Below are positions 1-13,692 of a stretch of 64,000 bases of DNA, in pieces (the stretch's first letter is position 1; each line of letters begins with the position of its first letter). The DNA lies in assembly GCF_006345805.1 (NCBI RefSeq), contig NC_043022.1, positions 24,924,001 to 24,988,000 of the forward strand. Direction: 5' to 3'. The translations under genes and the position numbers were made by a program. Source of the stretch: Octopus sinensis (Eukaryota). The notes under the pieces were generated by a model that was not told where the DNA came from, ran no database searches, and was given only the letters and a program-made list of their open reading frames with translations.

Positions 1-1657
1 TAAATTTTGATCTGAGTGCTTGTAGTTAAAATCTGTTACGAATCTATGCCTAAATACTTTGGTGGCTAGCCTTGGACCTAAAAACTCTAATGACCGTATT
101 TATGAAGATTATAGACCCATTTTTGGACTTAGTTTCACTAGAAATGTTTGACCCAGGGGCAATCATGTAAATGTTTATCAAAGATTTTGAAAAATTTCTG
201 ACAATGCCTGTAACATAAAGCCTTAGGTACAGTCACACTGGAGCTTTTAGGCCCGGGTCAATGATCAAATATCTATATAGACAATTTCAAGAGAGAGTTT
301 AGAATCAATCTTTAGAAACCATCTCACTTGAGATCTGGAATGCAAAGTCAATGATCTAAATCATTAGGTACATTTCCTTTTGTGACATTGTGCCTAAGGA
401 CACTACTTTAGATTTTGAGACATAGTCTAACAATTTGAGGAAATCTAACAACAGATTTTAAGTCCCAGGTCAGTGAACTATGTTTTAAACTTAGTTTGAT
501 GATAAATTTTATATTCAAAACCTGCCATGTGAACATTTAGACTCAGTTTCACTTGTGATTTGAGACCAAAGGTCAGAGAACTAAATCTTTAAGCACAGTC
601 TCACAAGACATTTTAGAGACAGGTTCATTGATATAAATCCTTAGAGACTGTTTTAAAAGTAAAATTAGACCGAAGGCCAGTGATCAAAGTCATAAGGCAA
701 TAATCCTACTAAAAATTATAGACCTGCGATCTGTGACCTGTAATTTTTTATATAAGGTATGGAAATTAAATGTCAAGACACATCTGATTTGAGATTTTAC
801 ATCCAGAGCTGGTGATCTACACATTTACAATACTGTCTTTAGAGTTGGAAGGTCAAGGGCCAGTGATGGAAAATTTTTGGACACAATTTCATGGCAGATT
901 TTTATCACAAAGCCTCTCATGGAAATTCATGGGACTGGTTTCAATAATGACCTGTGATCTCTGTAGAGAATCTATACCCAAGGCCACTTGTCTAAATATT
1001 GACACACAGTCTCTCCAGAAATTTTAAACCCAAAATCAGAGACTGTATTAAATATTCTCAGATTCAAAAAGGATGTTAAGACTGTGGTCAAGGATATAAG
1101 TAAGACTAGTGATTTTAAGCCAAAGAGTAGTGATATAAATTTTTAAACATGGCTTTGCTAGTGACTTTAGACCCAATGCCAGTGATCTAAATCTTTAGAC
1201 ATATTCACGAGAGATTTTAGAGCCAAGGTCAGTAATTTAAATCTTAAGCACAGATTAGCTAGAGATTATAGACTCAATGCTAAGAGTCTAAATCTTAGAT
1301 ACTGTGTCTCTAGAAACCAACTACAAAAGCAGTAAAATTAATATCTAGGCAGTGACTCCTTAGAGACTTTAGACACAAGAACAGTAAGCATTAGACCAAT
1401 GCCTGTGATCTGAGAGTTTTGAAAACAAATCAGGACACATTTTCACTAAAGATTTTAGGTCAAAGGCCAGGGATCTAAAGCTTTACATATAGCTTTCCGA
1501 TAGATTTTCAACCCAAGGTCTGTTGCTGAAATGTTTAGACACAGATTCACTACAGATTTTAGATGAAAAGCCAAAGATTTCACACTGAAGGTCAGATTTG
1601 AGAAGGAATGCCAGTGAGTCAAAATCTTCAGAAATTTTAGACTGAAATTTTAGACAT

Positions 1658-2077
1658 TAAGGCAGTGAGCTGGCAGAAACGTTAGCACACCAGATGAAAT
1701 GCTTAGCGGTATTTCGTCTCTGGTCATGTTTTGAGTTCAAAATTCCGCCGAGGTTGACTTTGCCTTTCATCCTTTCTGGGTCGATAAATTAAGTACCAGT
1801 TACGCACTGGGGTCAATGTAATCGACTTCATCTGTTTGTCTGTCCTTGTTTGTCCCCTCTATGTTTAGCCCCTTGTGCGTAGTAAAGAAATAGGTATTTC
1901 GCCTGTCGCTACGTTCTGAGTTCAAATTCCGCCGAGGTCGACTTTGCCTTTAATCCTTTTGGAGTCCATGAATTAAGTACCAGTTACGCTCTGGGGTCGA
2001 TGTAATCGACTTAATCCCTTTGTCTGTCTTTGTTTGTCCCCTCTATGTTTAGCCCCTTGTGGGCAATAAAGAAATAA
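1658..2077 (+). mobile_element. SINE family A, head-to-tail dimer (full copy plus 5'-truncated copy)
   Basis: GAGCTGGCAGAAACGTTAGC...GAGTTCAAATTCCGCCGAGGTCGACTTTGCCTTTCATCC...GCCCCTTGTG..TAAAGAAATA, then a second unit from ~1892. GAAATTTTAGACTGAA at 1631-1646 and 2078-2093 is a likely TSD. Confidence 0.85.
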
Positions 2078-5000
2078 GAAATTTTAGACTGAAGCCAGTG
2101 ATCTCAGCTTCACTAAAGATTTTCTAAAGTTTTTAGACCAAAGGCCAGTGAGCTAAATCTTTTGACACAGTCTCTAGTCAGATTTTAGACCAACTGAAAG
2201 AGATCTAGATCTTTAGAAACAACTTCACAAAAGATTTGGGAATGATGACCAGCGATCTAAATACTTAGACACAGCTTCACTAGAGATTTTTTATAGAAGT
2301 AAAAGGATCTAAATCTTTAGATGCAACATCACTAATAATTTTAGAACCCAAGATGATTAGACTGAATCTTTATATACAGATTACCAAAAGATTTTATACA
2401 GAATGCCAGTGACCGAAATCTGTAGAAAGCGCTTCAATGAAGATATTTGACAGAAGGACAGTGATAGAGCTTCGCTAGAGATTAAAAACAGAAGGCCAGT
2501 GGGATCCAATATATATGATTGGTGAGTTTAGACAACAGATCTGGATACATTTTAGCAAAAAACATTCAGACCGAATGTCAAAAATGCAACATGTTAGATA
2601 TAAGTAGTCTATAGATGATGGATGCAAGATCAGTGATCAAAATAATTGGAAACTGTTTCCACTAGAGATTTACACCCAGTCCCAGTGATATACATATTTG
2701 GATACTGCTTTGCTAGTGATTTAAGATCCAAGGCCAGTGATATAAATCTTAAGCTATACCCTCACAAGACATTTTGGACCCAAAGTCTATGGTCTAAATC
2801 TTTAGACATTGCTTCACTACAGGTATTAGAACAAATCCAGCGATGTAAATATTTAGATCTAGTTCACTAGAAATTTTACACCCAAAGTGAGTGATCTACA
2901 TCTTTAGCTGAATTTTCTCTAAAGATCTTATACTCACAAGCAATGAGTGAATACTGTAGACACTGCTTCACTAAATATTTTAGACCCAGGGTCAGCAATC
3001 TAAATGTGTAGACATTGATTCACTAGAAATTTTTGAACCAAGGGCAGTAATGTCTGCCTTTAGGGACATTATCTCTAGAGATTTTAGGCTCAAGTTCACT
3101 CACAGAAATATTTAGACACAGCTTCACTAGAGAATTTAGACCCAAGGCCAGCAATCTAAATGTTTAGACATAGCTTCACTAGAGATTTTAGACCCAAGGC
3201 CAGTGGTCGAAATGTTTAGATATTGCTTCACGAGGGATTTTAGACCCAAGGCCAGTGGTCTAAATGTTTAAACTTCGCTTCACTACAGATTTTAGACGCA
3301 GGGGAAGCAACCTATATTGTTTAGACATTGATTCACTAGAGATTTTTGAACAAAGGGCAGTAAACTCTGCCTTTAGAGACATTATCTCTACAGATTTTAG
3401 GCTCAAGTCCACTAGAAGAAATCTTAAGACACTGTTTCACTAGAGATTGTAGACCCAAGGCCAGCAATCTAAATGTTTAGACTTTGCTTCACTACAGATT
3501 TTTGAACCAAGGGCAGTAATCTCTGCCATTAGAGACATTATCTCTAGAGATTTTAGACACAAGTTCCCTGATAGAAATCTTTAGACACTGCTTCACTTGA
3601 GATTTTAGACCCAGCACCAGCATTCTAAATGTTTAGACATTGCTTCACTAGAGATTTTAGACCCAAGGCCAGTGGTCGAAATGTTTAGATATTGCTTCAC
3701 TTGCGATTTTAGACTCAAGGCTGGTGCTCTAAATGTTTAGACATTGCTTCACTAGAGATTTTAGACCCAAGGCCAGTGGTCAAAATGTTTAGATATTGCT
3801 TCAGTGCAGATTTTAGTCCCACGGCCAGCAAATCTCTATGTTTAGACATGCTTCACTAGAGATTTTAGACCCAAGGCCAGTGGTCGAAATATTTAGATAT
3901 TGCTTCACTAGAGATTGTAGACCCAAGGCTAGTGGTCGAAATGTTTAGATATTGCTTCACTAGAGATTTTAGACCCAAGGCCAGTGATCGAAATATTTAC
4001 ATATTGCTTCACTAGTGAATTTATACCCAAGTCCAGTTGTCAAAATGTTTAGACATTGCTTCACTAAAGATTTTGGAAGCAAGGTCAGTAATCTCTGCCT
4101 TTAGAGACATTATCTATAGACATTTTAGACACAATTTCACTGATAGAAATCTTTAGACACTGCTTCACTGGAGATTTTAGATCCAGCACCAGCATTCTAA
4201 ATGTTTAGACATTGCTTCAATAGAGATTTTTGACTGAAGGCCAGTGGTCGAAATATTTAGATATTGCTTTACTAGTGATTTTAGACCCAAGGCCAGTGGT
4301 CGAAATGTTTAGACATTGCTTCAATAGAGATTTTTGACTGAAGGCCAGTGGTCGAAATGTTTAGATTTTGTTTCACCAGAGATTTTAGACCCAACGCCAG
4401 TGCTCGGAATGTTTAGATATTGCTTCAATAGATATTTTAGTCCCAGGGCCAGCAATCTAAATGTTTATACATTGCTTCAATAGAGATTTTAGACCCAAGG
4501 CCAGTGGTCGAAAAGTTTAGATATTGCTTCACCAGAGATTTTCGTCCCAGGGCCAGCAAATCTCTATGTTTAGACATGCTTCACTAGTGATTTTAGACCC
4601 AAGGCCAGTGGGCGAAATGTTTAGATATTGCTTCACGAGGGATTTTAGACCCAAGGCCAGTGGTCTAAATGTTTAGACTTCGCTTCACTACAGATTTTAG
4701 ACGCAGGGGAAGAAACCTAAATGTTTAGACATTGATTCACTAGAGATTTTTGAACAAAGGGCAGTAAACTCTGCCTTTAGAGACATTATCTCTACAGATT
4801 TTAGGCTCAAGTCCACTAGAAGAAATCTTAAGACACTGTTTCACTAGAGATTGTAGACCCAAGGCCAGCAATCTAAATGTTTAGACTTTGCTTCACTACA
4901 GATTTTTGAACCAAGGGCAGTAATCTCTGCCATTAGAGACATTATCTCTAGAGATTTTAGACACAAGTTCACTGATAGAAATCTTTAGACACTGCTTCAC

Positions 5001-8000
5001 TTGAGATTTTAGACCCAGCACCAGCATTCTAAATGTTTAGACATTGCTTCACTAGAGATTTTAGACCCAACGCCAGTGGTCGAAATGTTTAGATATTGCT
5101 TCACTTGCGATTTTAGACTCAAGGCTGGTGCTCTAAATGTTTATACATTGCTTCAATAGAGATTTTAGACCCAAGGCCAGTGGTCGAAAAGTTTAGATAT
5201 TGCTTCACCAGAGATTTTCGTCCCAGGGCCAGCAAATCTCTATGTTTAGACATGCTTCACTAGTGATTTTAGACCCAAGGCCAGTGATCGAAATATTTAC
5301 ATATTGCTTCACTAGTGAATTTATACCCAAGTCCAGTTGTCAAAATGTTTAGACATTGCTTCACTAAAGATTTTGGAAGCAAGGACAGTAATCTCTGCCT
5401 TTAGAGATATTATCTATAGGCATTTTAGACACAATTTCACTGATAGAAATCGTTAGACACTGCTTCACTGGAGATTTTAGATCCAGCACCAGCATTCTAA
5501 ATGTTTAGACATTGCTTCAATAGAGATTTTTGACTGAAGGCCAGTGCTCGGAATGTTTAGATATTGCTTCAATAGAGATTTTAGTCCCAGGGCCAGCAAT
5601 CTAAATGTTTATACATTGCTTCACTAGAGATTTTAGACCCAAGGCCAGTGGTCGAAAAGTTTAGATATTGCTTCACCACAGATTTTCGTCCCAGGGCCAG
5701 CAAATCTCTATGTTTAGACATGCTTCACTAGAGTCTTAGACCTAAGGCCAGTGGTCAAAATGTTTATACATTGCTTCACTAGAGATTTTAGACCCAAGGC
5801 CAGTGGTCAAAATGTTTACATATTGCTTCAGTGCAGATTTTAGTCCCAGGGCCAGCAATCTCTATTTTTATACATTGCTTCACTAGTGATTTTAGACCCA
5901 AGGCCAGTGGTCGAAATATTTAGATATTGCTTCACTAGTGAATTTATACCCAACTCCAGTGGTCAACATATTTATATATTGCTTCACTAGAGATTTCAGA
6001 CCCAGGACAGCAATCTAAATGTTTAGCCATTGCTTCACTAGAGATTTTGGAAGCAAGGCCAGTGATCGAAATATTTACATATTGCTTCACTAGTGAATTT
6101 ATACCCAAGTCCAGTTGTCAAAATGTTTAGACATTGCTTCACTAAAGATTTTGGAAGCAAGGTCAGTAATCTCTGCCTTTAGAGACATTATCTATAGAAA
6201 TTTTAGACACAACTTCACTGATAGAAATCTTTAGACACTGCTTCACTGGAGATTTTAGATCCAGCACCAGCATTCTAAATGTTTAGACATTGCTTCAATA
6301 GAGATTTTTGACTGGAAGGCCAGTGGTCTAAATATTTAGATGTTGCTTAACTAGTGATTTTAGACCCAAGGCCAATGGTCTAAATGTTCAGATTCTAGTT
6401 GCAGCGCCAGCAATCTAAATTGTAAATGTTTAGACATTGCTTCACCAGTGATTTTAGACCTAAGGCCAGTGGTCTAAATATTTATGCATTGCTTCACTAG
6501 AGATTTTAGACCCAAGGCCAGTGGTTGAAATGTTTAGATATTGCTTCACTAGGGATTTTAGACCCAAGGCCAATGGTCTAAATGTTTAGATATTGCTTCA
6601 CTACTGATTGTAGTCCAGGGCCAGCAATCTAAATGTTTAGACATTGTTTCACTAAAGATTTCAGACCCAAGGCCAGTGGTCAAAATGTTTAGATATCGGT
6701 TCACTAGTGATTTTAGACCCAAGGCCAATGGTCTAAATGTTTAGATATTGCTTCACTACAGATTTTAGTCCCAGGGCCAGTAATGTAAATGTTTATACAT
6801 TACTTCACTAGTGATTTTTGACCCAAGGCCAGTGGTCAAAATGTTTAGACATTGCTTCACTAGTGATTTTTGACTGAAGGCTGGTGCTCTAAATATTTAT
6901 ACGTTGCTTCACTAGTGATTTTAGACCTAAGGCCAGCGGTCTAAATGTTTAGATATTGCTTCACCAGAGATTTTAGTCCCAGGGCCAGCAATCTAAATGT
7001 TTATACATTGCTTCACTAGAAATTTTAGACCCAAGGCCAGTGGTTGAAATGATTAGATATTGCTTCACCCGTGATTTTAGACCCAAGGCCAATGGTCTAA
7101 ATGTTTAGATATTGCTTCACTACTGATTGTAGTTCAGGGTCAGCAATCTAAATGTTTAGACATTGTTTCATTAGAGATTTTAGACCCAAGGTCAAAATGT
7201 TTAGATATCGGTTCACTAGTGATTTTAGACCCAAGGCCAGTGGTCAAAATGTTTAGATTTTGCTTCACTAATGATTTTAGACCCAAGGCCAGTGGTCAAA
7301 ATGTTTAGACATTGCTTCACTAGTGATTTTTGAACCAAGGCTGGTGATCTAAATATTTAGATATTGCTTCACTAGAGATTTTTGACTGGAAGGCCAGTGG
7401 TCCAAATATTTAGATGTTGCTTAACTAGTGATTTTAGACCCAAGGCCAATGGTCTAAATGTTCAGATTCTAGTTGCATGGCCAGCAATCTAAATTGTAAA
7501 TGTTTAGACATTGCTTCACCAGTGATTTTTTAACCAAGGCTGGTGGTCTAAATGTTTAGATATTACTTCACTAGAGCTTTTAGACCTAAGGCCAACAGTC
7601 TAAATATTTAGATATTGCTTCACTAGAGATTTTAGACCCAAAGCCAGTGGTCAAAATGTTTAGATATTGCTTCACTAGAGATTTTAGTCGCACACTGCTT
7701 CATTAGTGATTTTAGACCCAAGGCTGGTGGTCTAAATGTTTATACATTGCTTCACCAGAGATTTTAGTCCCAGGGCCAGCAATCTAAATGTTTAGACATT
7801 GCTTCACTAGAGATTTTAGACCCAAAGCCAGTGGTTGAAATGTTTAGATATTGCTTCACTACAGATTTTAGTCGCACATTGCTTCACTAGTGATTTTAGA
7901 CCCAAGGCTAGTGGTCTAAATGTTTAGATATTGCTTCACTAGTGATTTTAGACCCAAGACCAGTGGTCTAAATGTTTAGATATTGCTTCACTAGAGATTT

Positions 8001-9877
8001 TAGACCCAAGGCCAGTGGTCAAAATGTTTAGATATTGCTTCACTACAGATTTTAGTCGCAGGGCCAGCAATCTAAATGTTCATACATTGCTTCACTAGTG
8101 ATTTTAGACCCAAGGCCAGTGGTCTAAATGTTTACATATTGCTTCACTGCAGATTTTAGTCCCAGGGCCAGTAATGTAAATGTTTAGACATTGCTTCACT
8201 AGAGATTTTTGACCCAAGGCCAGTGGTCGAAGTGTTTAGATATTGCTTCACTCGTGATTTTAGGCCCAAGGCCAGTGGTCTAAATGTTTATATATGGATT
8301 CACTAGAGATTGTAGACCCAAGGCCAGCAACCTAAATGTTTAGACTTTGCTTCACTAGAGATTTTTGAACCAAGAGCAGTAATCTCTGCCTTTAGAGGCA
8401 TTATCTCTAGAGATTTTAGACACAAGTTCACTAGAAGAAATCTTTAGACATGGCTTCACTTGAGATTTTAGACCTAAGGCCAATGGTCTAAATTTTTAGA
8501 CATTGCTTCACTAGAGATTTTTTAACCAAGGGCAGTAATCTCTGCCTTTAGACACATTATCTCTAGAAATTTTAGACACAAGTTCACTAATAGAAATCTT
8601 TAGACACTGCTTCACTAGAGATTTTAGACCCAAGGCCAATGGTCTAAATTTTTAGATATTTCTTCACGAGAGATTTTATTCCTAGGACCAGCAATCTAAA
8701 TGTTTAGACATCACTTCACTAGAGTTTTTTTAACCAAGGGCAGTAATCTCTGCCTTTAGAGACATTATCTCTAGAGATTTTAGGCTCAAGTCCACTGATA
8801 GAAATCTTCAGTCACTGCTTCACTAGAGATTTTAGATCCAAGGCCTGTTGTCTAAATCTTAAATACATCTTTGCTAGAGGTTTTTTTCTAAAGCCGATGA
8901 TCTAAATCTTTAGAAACTACTTCTCAAGATATTTTAGAACCGAGGCCAGATATACACATTTTAGACACAGCTTCATGGGATGTTTTGGTTACAAGGCCAG
9001 TGACAAAATTCTCTAGACTCAGCTTCACTGGTGACTTTAGACCTAAGGCCACTGATAGAAATCGTTAGATACATGTTCAATGGACACTTTAGACCCCAGG
9101 CCAGCGATCAAAATTAATAGATACACCTTCACTACAAATTTTAGTCTCAGGACCAATGAGCTGAACCTTTAGGTGCATCTTCACAAGGCCAGTGATATGA
9201 TTTCTTTAGACACTACTTTGCTAGTGATTTTAGACCCAAGGCCAGTGATCTAAATATTTAGATGTGTCTTCATTAGATACTTAACACCCAAAGCCAGTGA
9301 TATAGATCTTTAGATACTGCTTTATATGCGATTTTAAACCCAAGGCCAAGTATAAAAATTTTTAGACACAGCTTCACAAGAGATTTTAGGCACAAAGCCA
9401 GTTATCTAAATCATTAGAGGCTTCTTCAGTACACATTTTGGACACAAGGACAGAGATCTAAATCTTTAGGCACAGCTTCACTTATGATTTTAAACTCAAG
9501 GTCATTGATATAAATCTTTAGATGTACCTTCACAAGAAAGTTTAAACCCAAGATCAGTAATATAAACTTTTAGACACAACTTCAATAAAGATTTTACACC
9601 CAAGGAAAGTGATCTATATTTTTGGTGATAGTTTCACTAAAGACTGTAGTCCCAGAGTCAGTTCTATACATCTTTAGATACATGCTTGCTAGATATTTTA
9701 GACCCAAGGCCAGTGGTCTAAATCATTTGACAATACTGCACTAGAGATTTTAGACCCATGACCAGTAATCTGAATGTTTAGAACCAACTTCACTAGACAT
9801 TTTGGACCAAAGGTCAGTAATCTAAATCTTTACACACTGCTTCTGTAGAGATTTTAGACTGAAGACCAGTTATTTAA

Positions 9878-10098
9878 CCTTTTCATTACCAACCCAGCTG
9901 AAACCAGCTCTGGCTCTGTAGTAGAAATGTCTTGTTTTCATAAGTTTTGAATTAAAGTCTCCCACCAAACCTTAGTCACAATTTATGTTCCTAACACTAG
10001 CTTAATGATAACTAAATTATTATACTAAATTCTTTGTTGTATTTAAAGTAATTGAAAGAAGCACAGAACATCGCGAAATAAATACAGTAATGAAAGGG
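9878..10098. mobile_element. piggyBac-like MITE
   Basis: TTAA on both sides (9874-9877, 10099-10102). Terminal inverted repeats CCTTTTCATTAC / GTAATGAAAGGG match 11/12. Confidence 0.8.
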
Positions 10099-10207
10099 TT
10101 AAATCCATTGACACAACTTCACCAGAGACTTTGGAAACAAAGCCAGTCATTTGAATTTTTAGACACAGTTTACTAGAGGTTTTAGGCCCAAAGTAGATGA
10201 CTTATAC

Positions 10208-10613
10208 CTTTACTCTTTTACTCTTTTACTCTTTTATTTGTTTCAGTCATTTGACTGCAGCCATGCTGGAGCACCGCCTTTAGTTGAACAAATCGACCCA
10301 GAGACTTATTGTTTGTAAGCCTAGTACTTATTCTATCGGTCTCTTTTGCTGAACCGCTAAGTGACGGGGACATAAACACACCAGCATCGGTTGTCAGGCG
10401 ATGTTGGGGGACACACAGACACACAAACATATACACACACATACATATACATATATACGACGGGCTTCTTTCAGTTTCCGTCTACCAAATCTACTCACAA
10501 GGCATTGGTCGGCCTGATGCTATAGTAGAAGACACTTGCTCAAGGTGCCACGCAGTGGGACTGAACCCGGAACCATGTGGTTGGTAAGCAAGCTACTTAC
10601 CACACAGCCACTC
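10208..10613 (-). mobile_element. SINE family B (tRNA-like head, internal CA/TA microsatellite, (AGTAAAAG)n tail), full length
   Basis: Matches the copies at 43151, 45349, 48708 and 51853: GTGGCTGTGTGGTAAG...GGTTCAGTCCCACTGCGTGGCACCTTG...GCTCCAGCATGG..GCAGTCAAATGACTGAAAC. Confidence 0.9.
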
Positions 10614-13600
10614 CAGCGCCTTTAGATTAAATTTTTTCTTGGGAATTTCACACCAAAGCAGTGACATAAATCTTTAGACACTGCTTCACTAAAGGTTTTA
10701 AACACAAGGCCAGTGATCAGAATTTCCACAGGGGATTTTACACCCAAGGCTAGGGATCTTTAGATGCATTTTAGATCCAAGGGCTGTGATCTAAATCTTG
10801 AGACACTGCTTCACTAAAAATTTAGACACAACACTTAGTTACCTTGGAATTTTAGATCCCCTGATTTTTAGAGATTTTAGACCCAAGAATAGTAATCTAA
10901 GTCTTTAAATAGAGATTCAAAAGATAATTAGGACACAAGCCCAGTGATATAAATCTTTAGTTACATCATTAAAAGACACTGGACAAGTTGAGTGATCTAA
11001 ATCTTTGGACATTGCTTTGCTAGAAACTGATGACCCAAGGCCAGTGAATTAAATCTTAGAACATTGCTTCACTAAACATATCACACCCAGTCACGTAAAT
11101 CTTTAGACACAGCTTCAATAGTGATTTTAGACACAAGGCCAGTGATCTGAATTTTAAGACATAGCTTTACAAGAGATTTTAGACCCAAGGTCAGTTGTCT
11201 AAAGCTTTAGACATTGGTTCATTAGACATTTTAGATACAAAGTCAGTGATGTAAACCCTTAGATACTGCTTCAATGGGGATTTTAAACTTAAGACCAGTG
11301 ATATGAACCTTTAAACACATTTTAGACCCAAAATAAATAATTTGAATTTTGAGGTGCATTTTCATAAAAGATTTTAGACCAAAGGCCAGTAATCTAAATG
11401 TTTAGGTACTTGCCTTACTAAAGAGTTTTGAACCAAAGGTAGTAATCCCTACTTTTAGAGACATTATCTCAAGAGATTTTAGACCCAAGTTCAATTATAG
11501 AAATCTTTAAGCATGGCTTCACTAGATATTTTAGACACAAGGTCAGTTATCTGAATTTTTTTTACCCATTTTCACAAGAAATTCTAGCCTCAAGACCAGT
11601 GATCTAAATCTTTAGATGCATCTTTCCTAGGTACTTTAGACCCAAAGCCAGTGATATAAAGCTTTAGACACTGCTTCATTAGAGATTTTAGGCACTGCTT
11701 TGTTACTTTAGACATTGCTTCACCGGGTATTTTAGACTAAATGTCATTACTTCACTAATGAATTTAGAGCCAAGGTCAATGATATAAATTTTTAGACACA
11801 TTTTCACTAGTGATTTTAGATACATCTTCAGTGACGATTTTAGATCCAAGGCCAGCACTCTAAACTTTTAGACACATTTTCTCTAGACATTTAAGTATCA
11901 AAACCGATCTTGTAAGTCTTTAGATACATGTTCATGAAACACTTTGGAGCCCAAGGCCAGTGATCTAAACATTCCAACACTGTTTCACTAGAGATTTCAG
12001 AACCCTTGCAAGTGAACTATATCTTTAAACACATTTTTTCTAAAGATTTCACACCTTAAGTCAGTGATATGAATCTTTAGACACTGCTTCACTAAAGGTT
12101 TTAGACATCAGGCCACTAATGTATAACTTTGGATATGTCTTCACAAGAGATTTTGGACCTAAGGCCAGTGGCATAAAATTTTAGAGACATCTTCACCAGA
12201 GATTGTAGACCCATGACAGTGATCTCTGTCTTTAGATATATTTCTCTAGACTCAAGGCCTGTGATATAAACCTTTAGACACTACTTCACTAAGGATTTTA
12301 GACACAAGGCCAGTAATTGAAATTTTTAGTCACTGCTTCACATGCGATCTTAAGCTCTTGGCGACTGATATAAATTTTCAGATACATCTTCTCTAGTGAT
12401 TTTAGCCTCAAGGCCAGCAATGTAAACGTTTATACATACTTCACAGGGGAATTGAGAACCAAGGTCAGTGATTAAAATATCTAGAAACAAGGCCAGTGGT
12501 CAAAATAATTAGACATTGCTTCACTACAGACTTTAGGCACAAGACTAGTGATCTAAATATTTATACATTGCTTTACTAATAATTCTAGACACAGCACTAG
12601 TGATCAAAATCTTTACATACTGCCTCACTTGATACTTTAATTTACCAGACATTGTGGAGCCGAGATGCATATTCTTTATCTTCAGAAACAGCTTCAGTAG
12701 AGATTTTAGACCCAAAGACAGTTATAAAAATCTTTTGATACATGTGAACTAGACATTGTTAACTGAAAGCTAGTGACATAAATCTTAAGGCATTGCTTCA
12801 TCAGAGATTTTGATCCCAAGGCCAGCGATGTTAATCTTTAGACACAGTTTCCCTAGAAAATTTACACTCAGTTTCTCTAAAGGTTTTAAACAATCTGAAT
12901 TTTTAGGTAGAGTCTTACAATAGATTTAGACCCAAGGCCAGTGATCCAAGGACAATGATGTAAATCTTTAGATACATATTCATTTGACAATTTAGACCCA
13001 AAGCCAGTGATATACATCTTTAGACACTGCTTGACTTGTGGTTTTCAACTTAAGGCCAGTGATCTTAATTTTTAGACATTGCTTCACTGGAGATTTAAGC
13101 CCCAAGGTCATCGATCTAATTCTTCAGATATTAATTTAAGAAAGATTTTAGAGCCTAGTGGGTCTATTTTTTTTAGACATTGCTTCAGTAGAGATTTCAG
13201 ACGAAAGGGGAGTGATGTAAAACTTTAGACATTTCTTCACTGGAGATGTTAGACACTAGGCCTGTGATCTGATATTTTGACACATTTTCTTTTGGGATTT
13301 TCAAACCAAGGCTAGTGATTAATAATTAGATATACTTTCTTGGGGAATTTTAGACTGAAGCCAGAGATATAAATCTCTAGACACTGCTGCACTAGATATT
13401 TTAGACCCAAGGGCAATGGTGTATATGTTTAGACACATTTTCTATAGGGGATATTGGACCCAAGTTCAGTGATACAAATGTTTAGACGACATTGCTACAC
13501 AAAAAATTTTTGATACAAAGTTGTGATCTAAATCTTTAGACATTGCTTCACAACAGATTTTAGATACACGGATAATTATCAAAATCTTTAGACACTGCAT

Positions 13601-13648
13601 TACTTGATATTTTAAACCCAAGGCCAGCAATTTAAGTCTTTACACACC

Positions 13649-13692
13649 AGTGTCTTCTACTATAGCCTCAGGTCGACCAAAGCCTTGTGAGT
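13649..13692 (+). mobile_element. 44-bp internal fragment of SINE B inside the satellite
   Basis: AGTGTCTTCTACTATAGCCTCAGGTCGACCAAAGCCTTGTGAGT matches the SINE B body. Confidence 0.75.
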
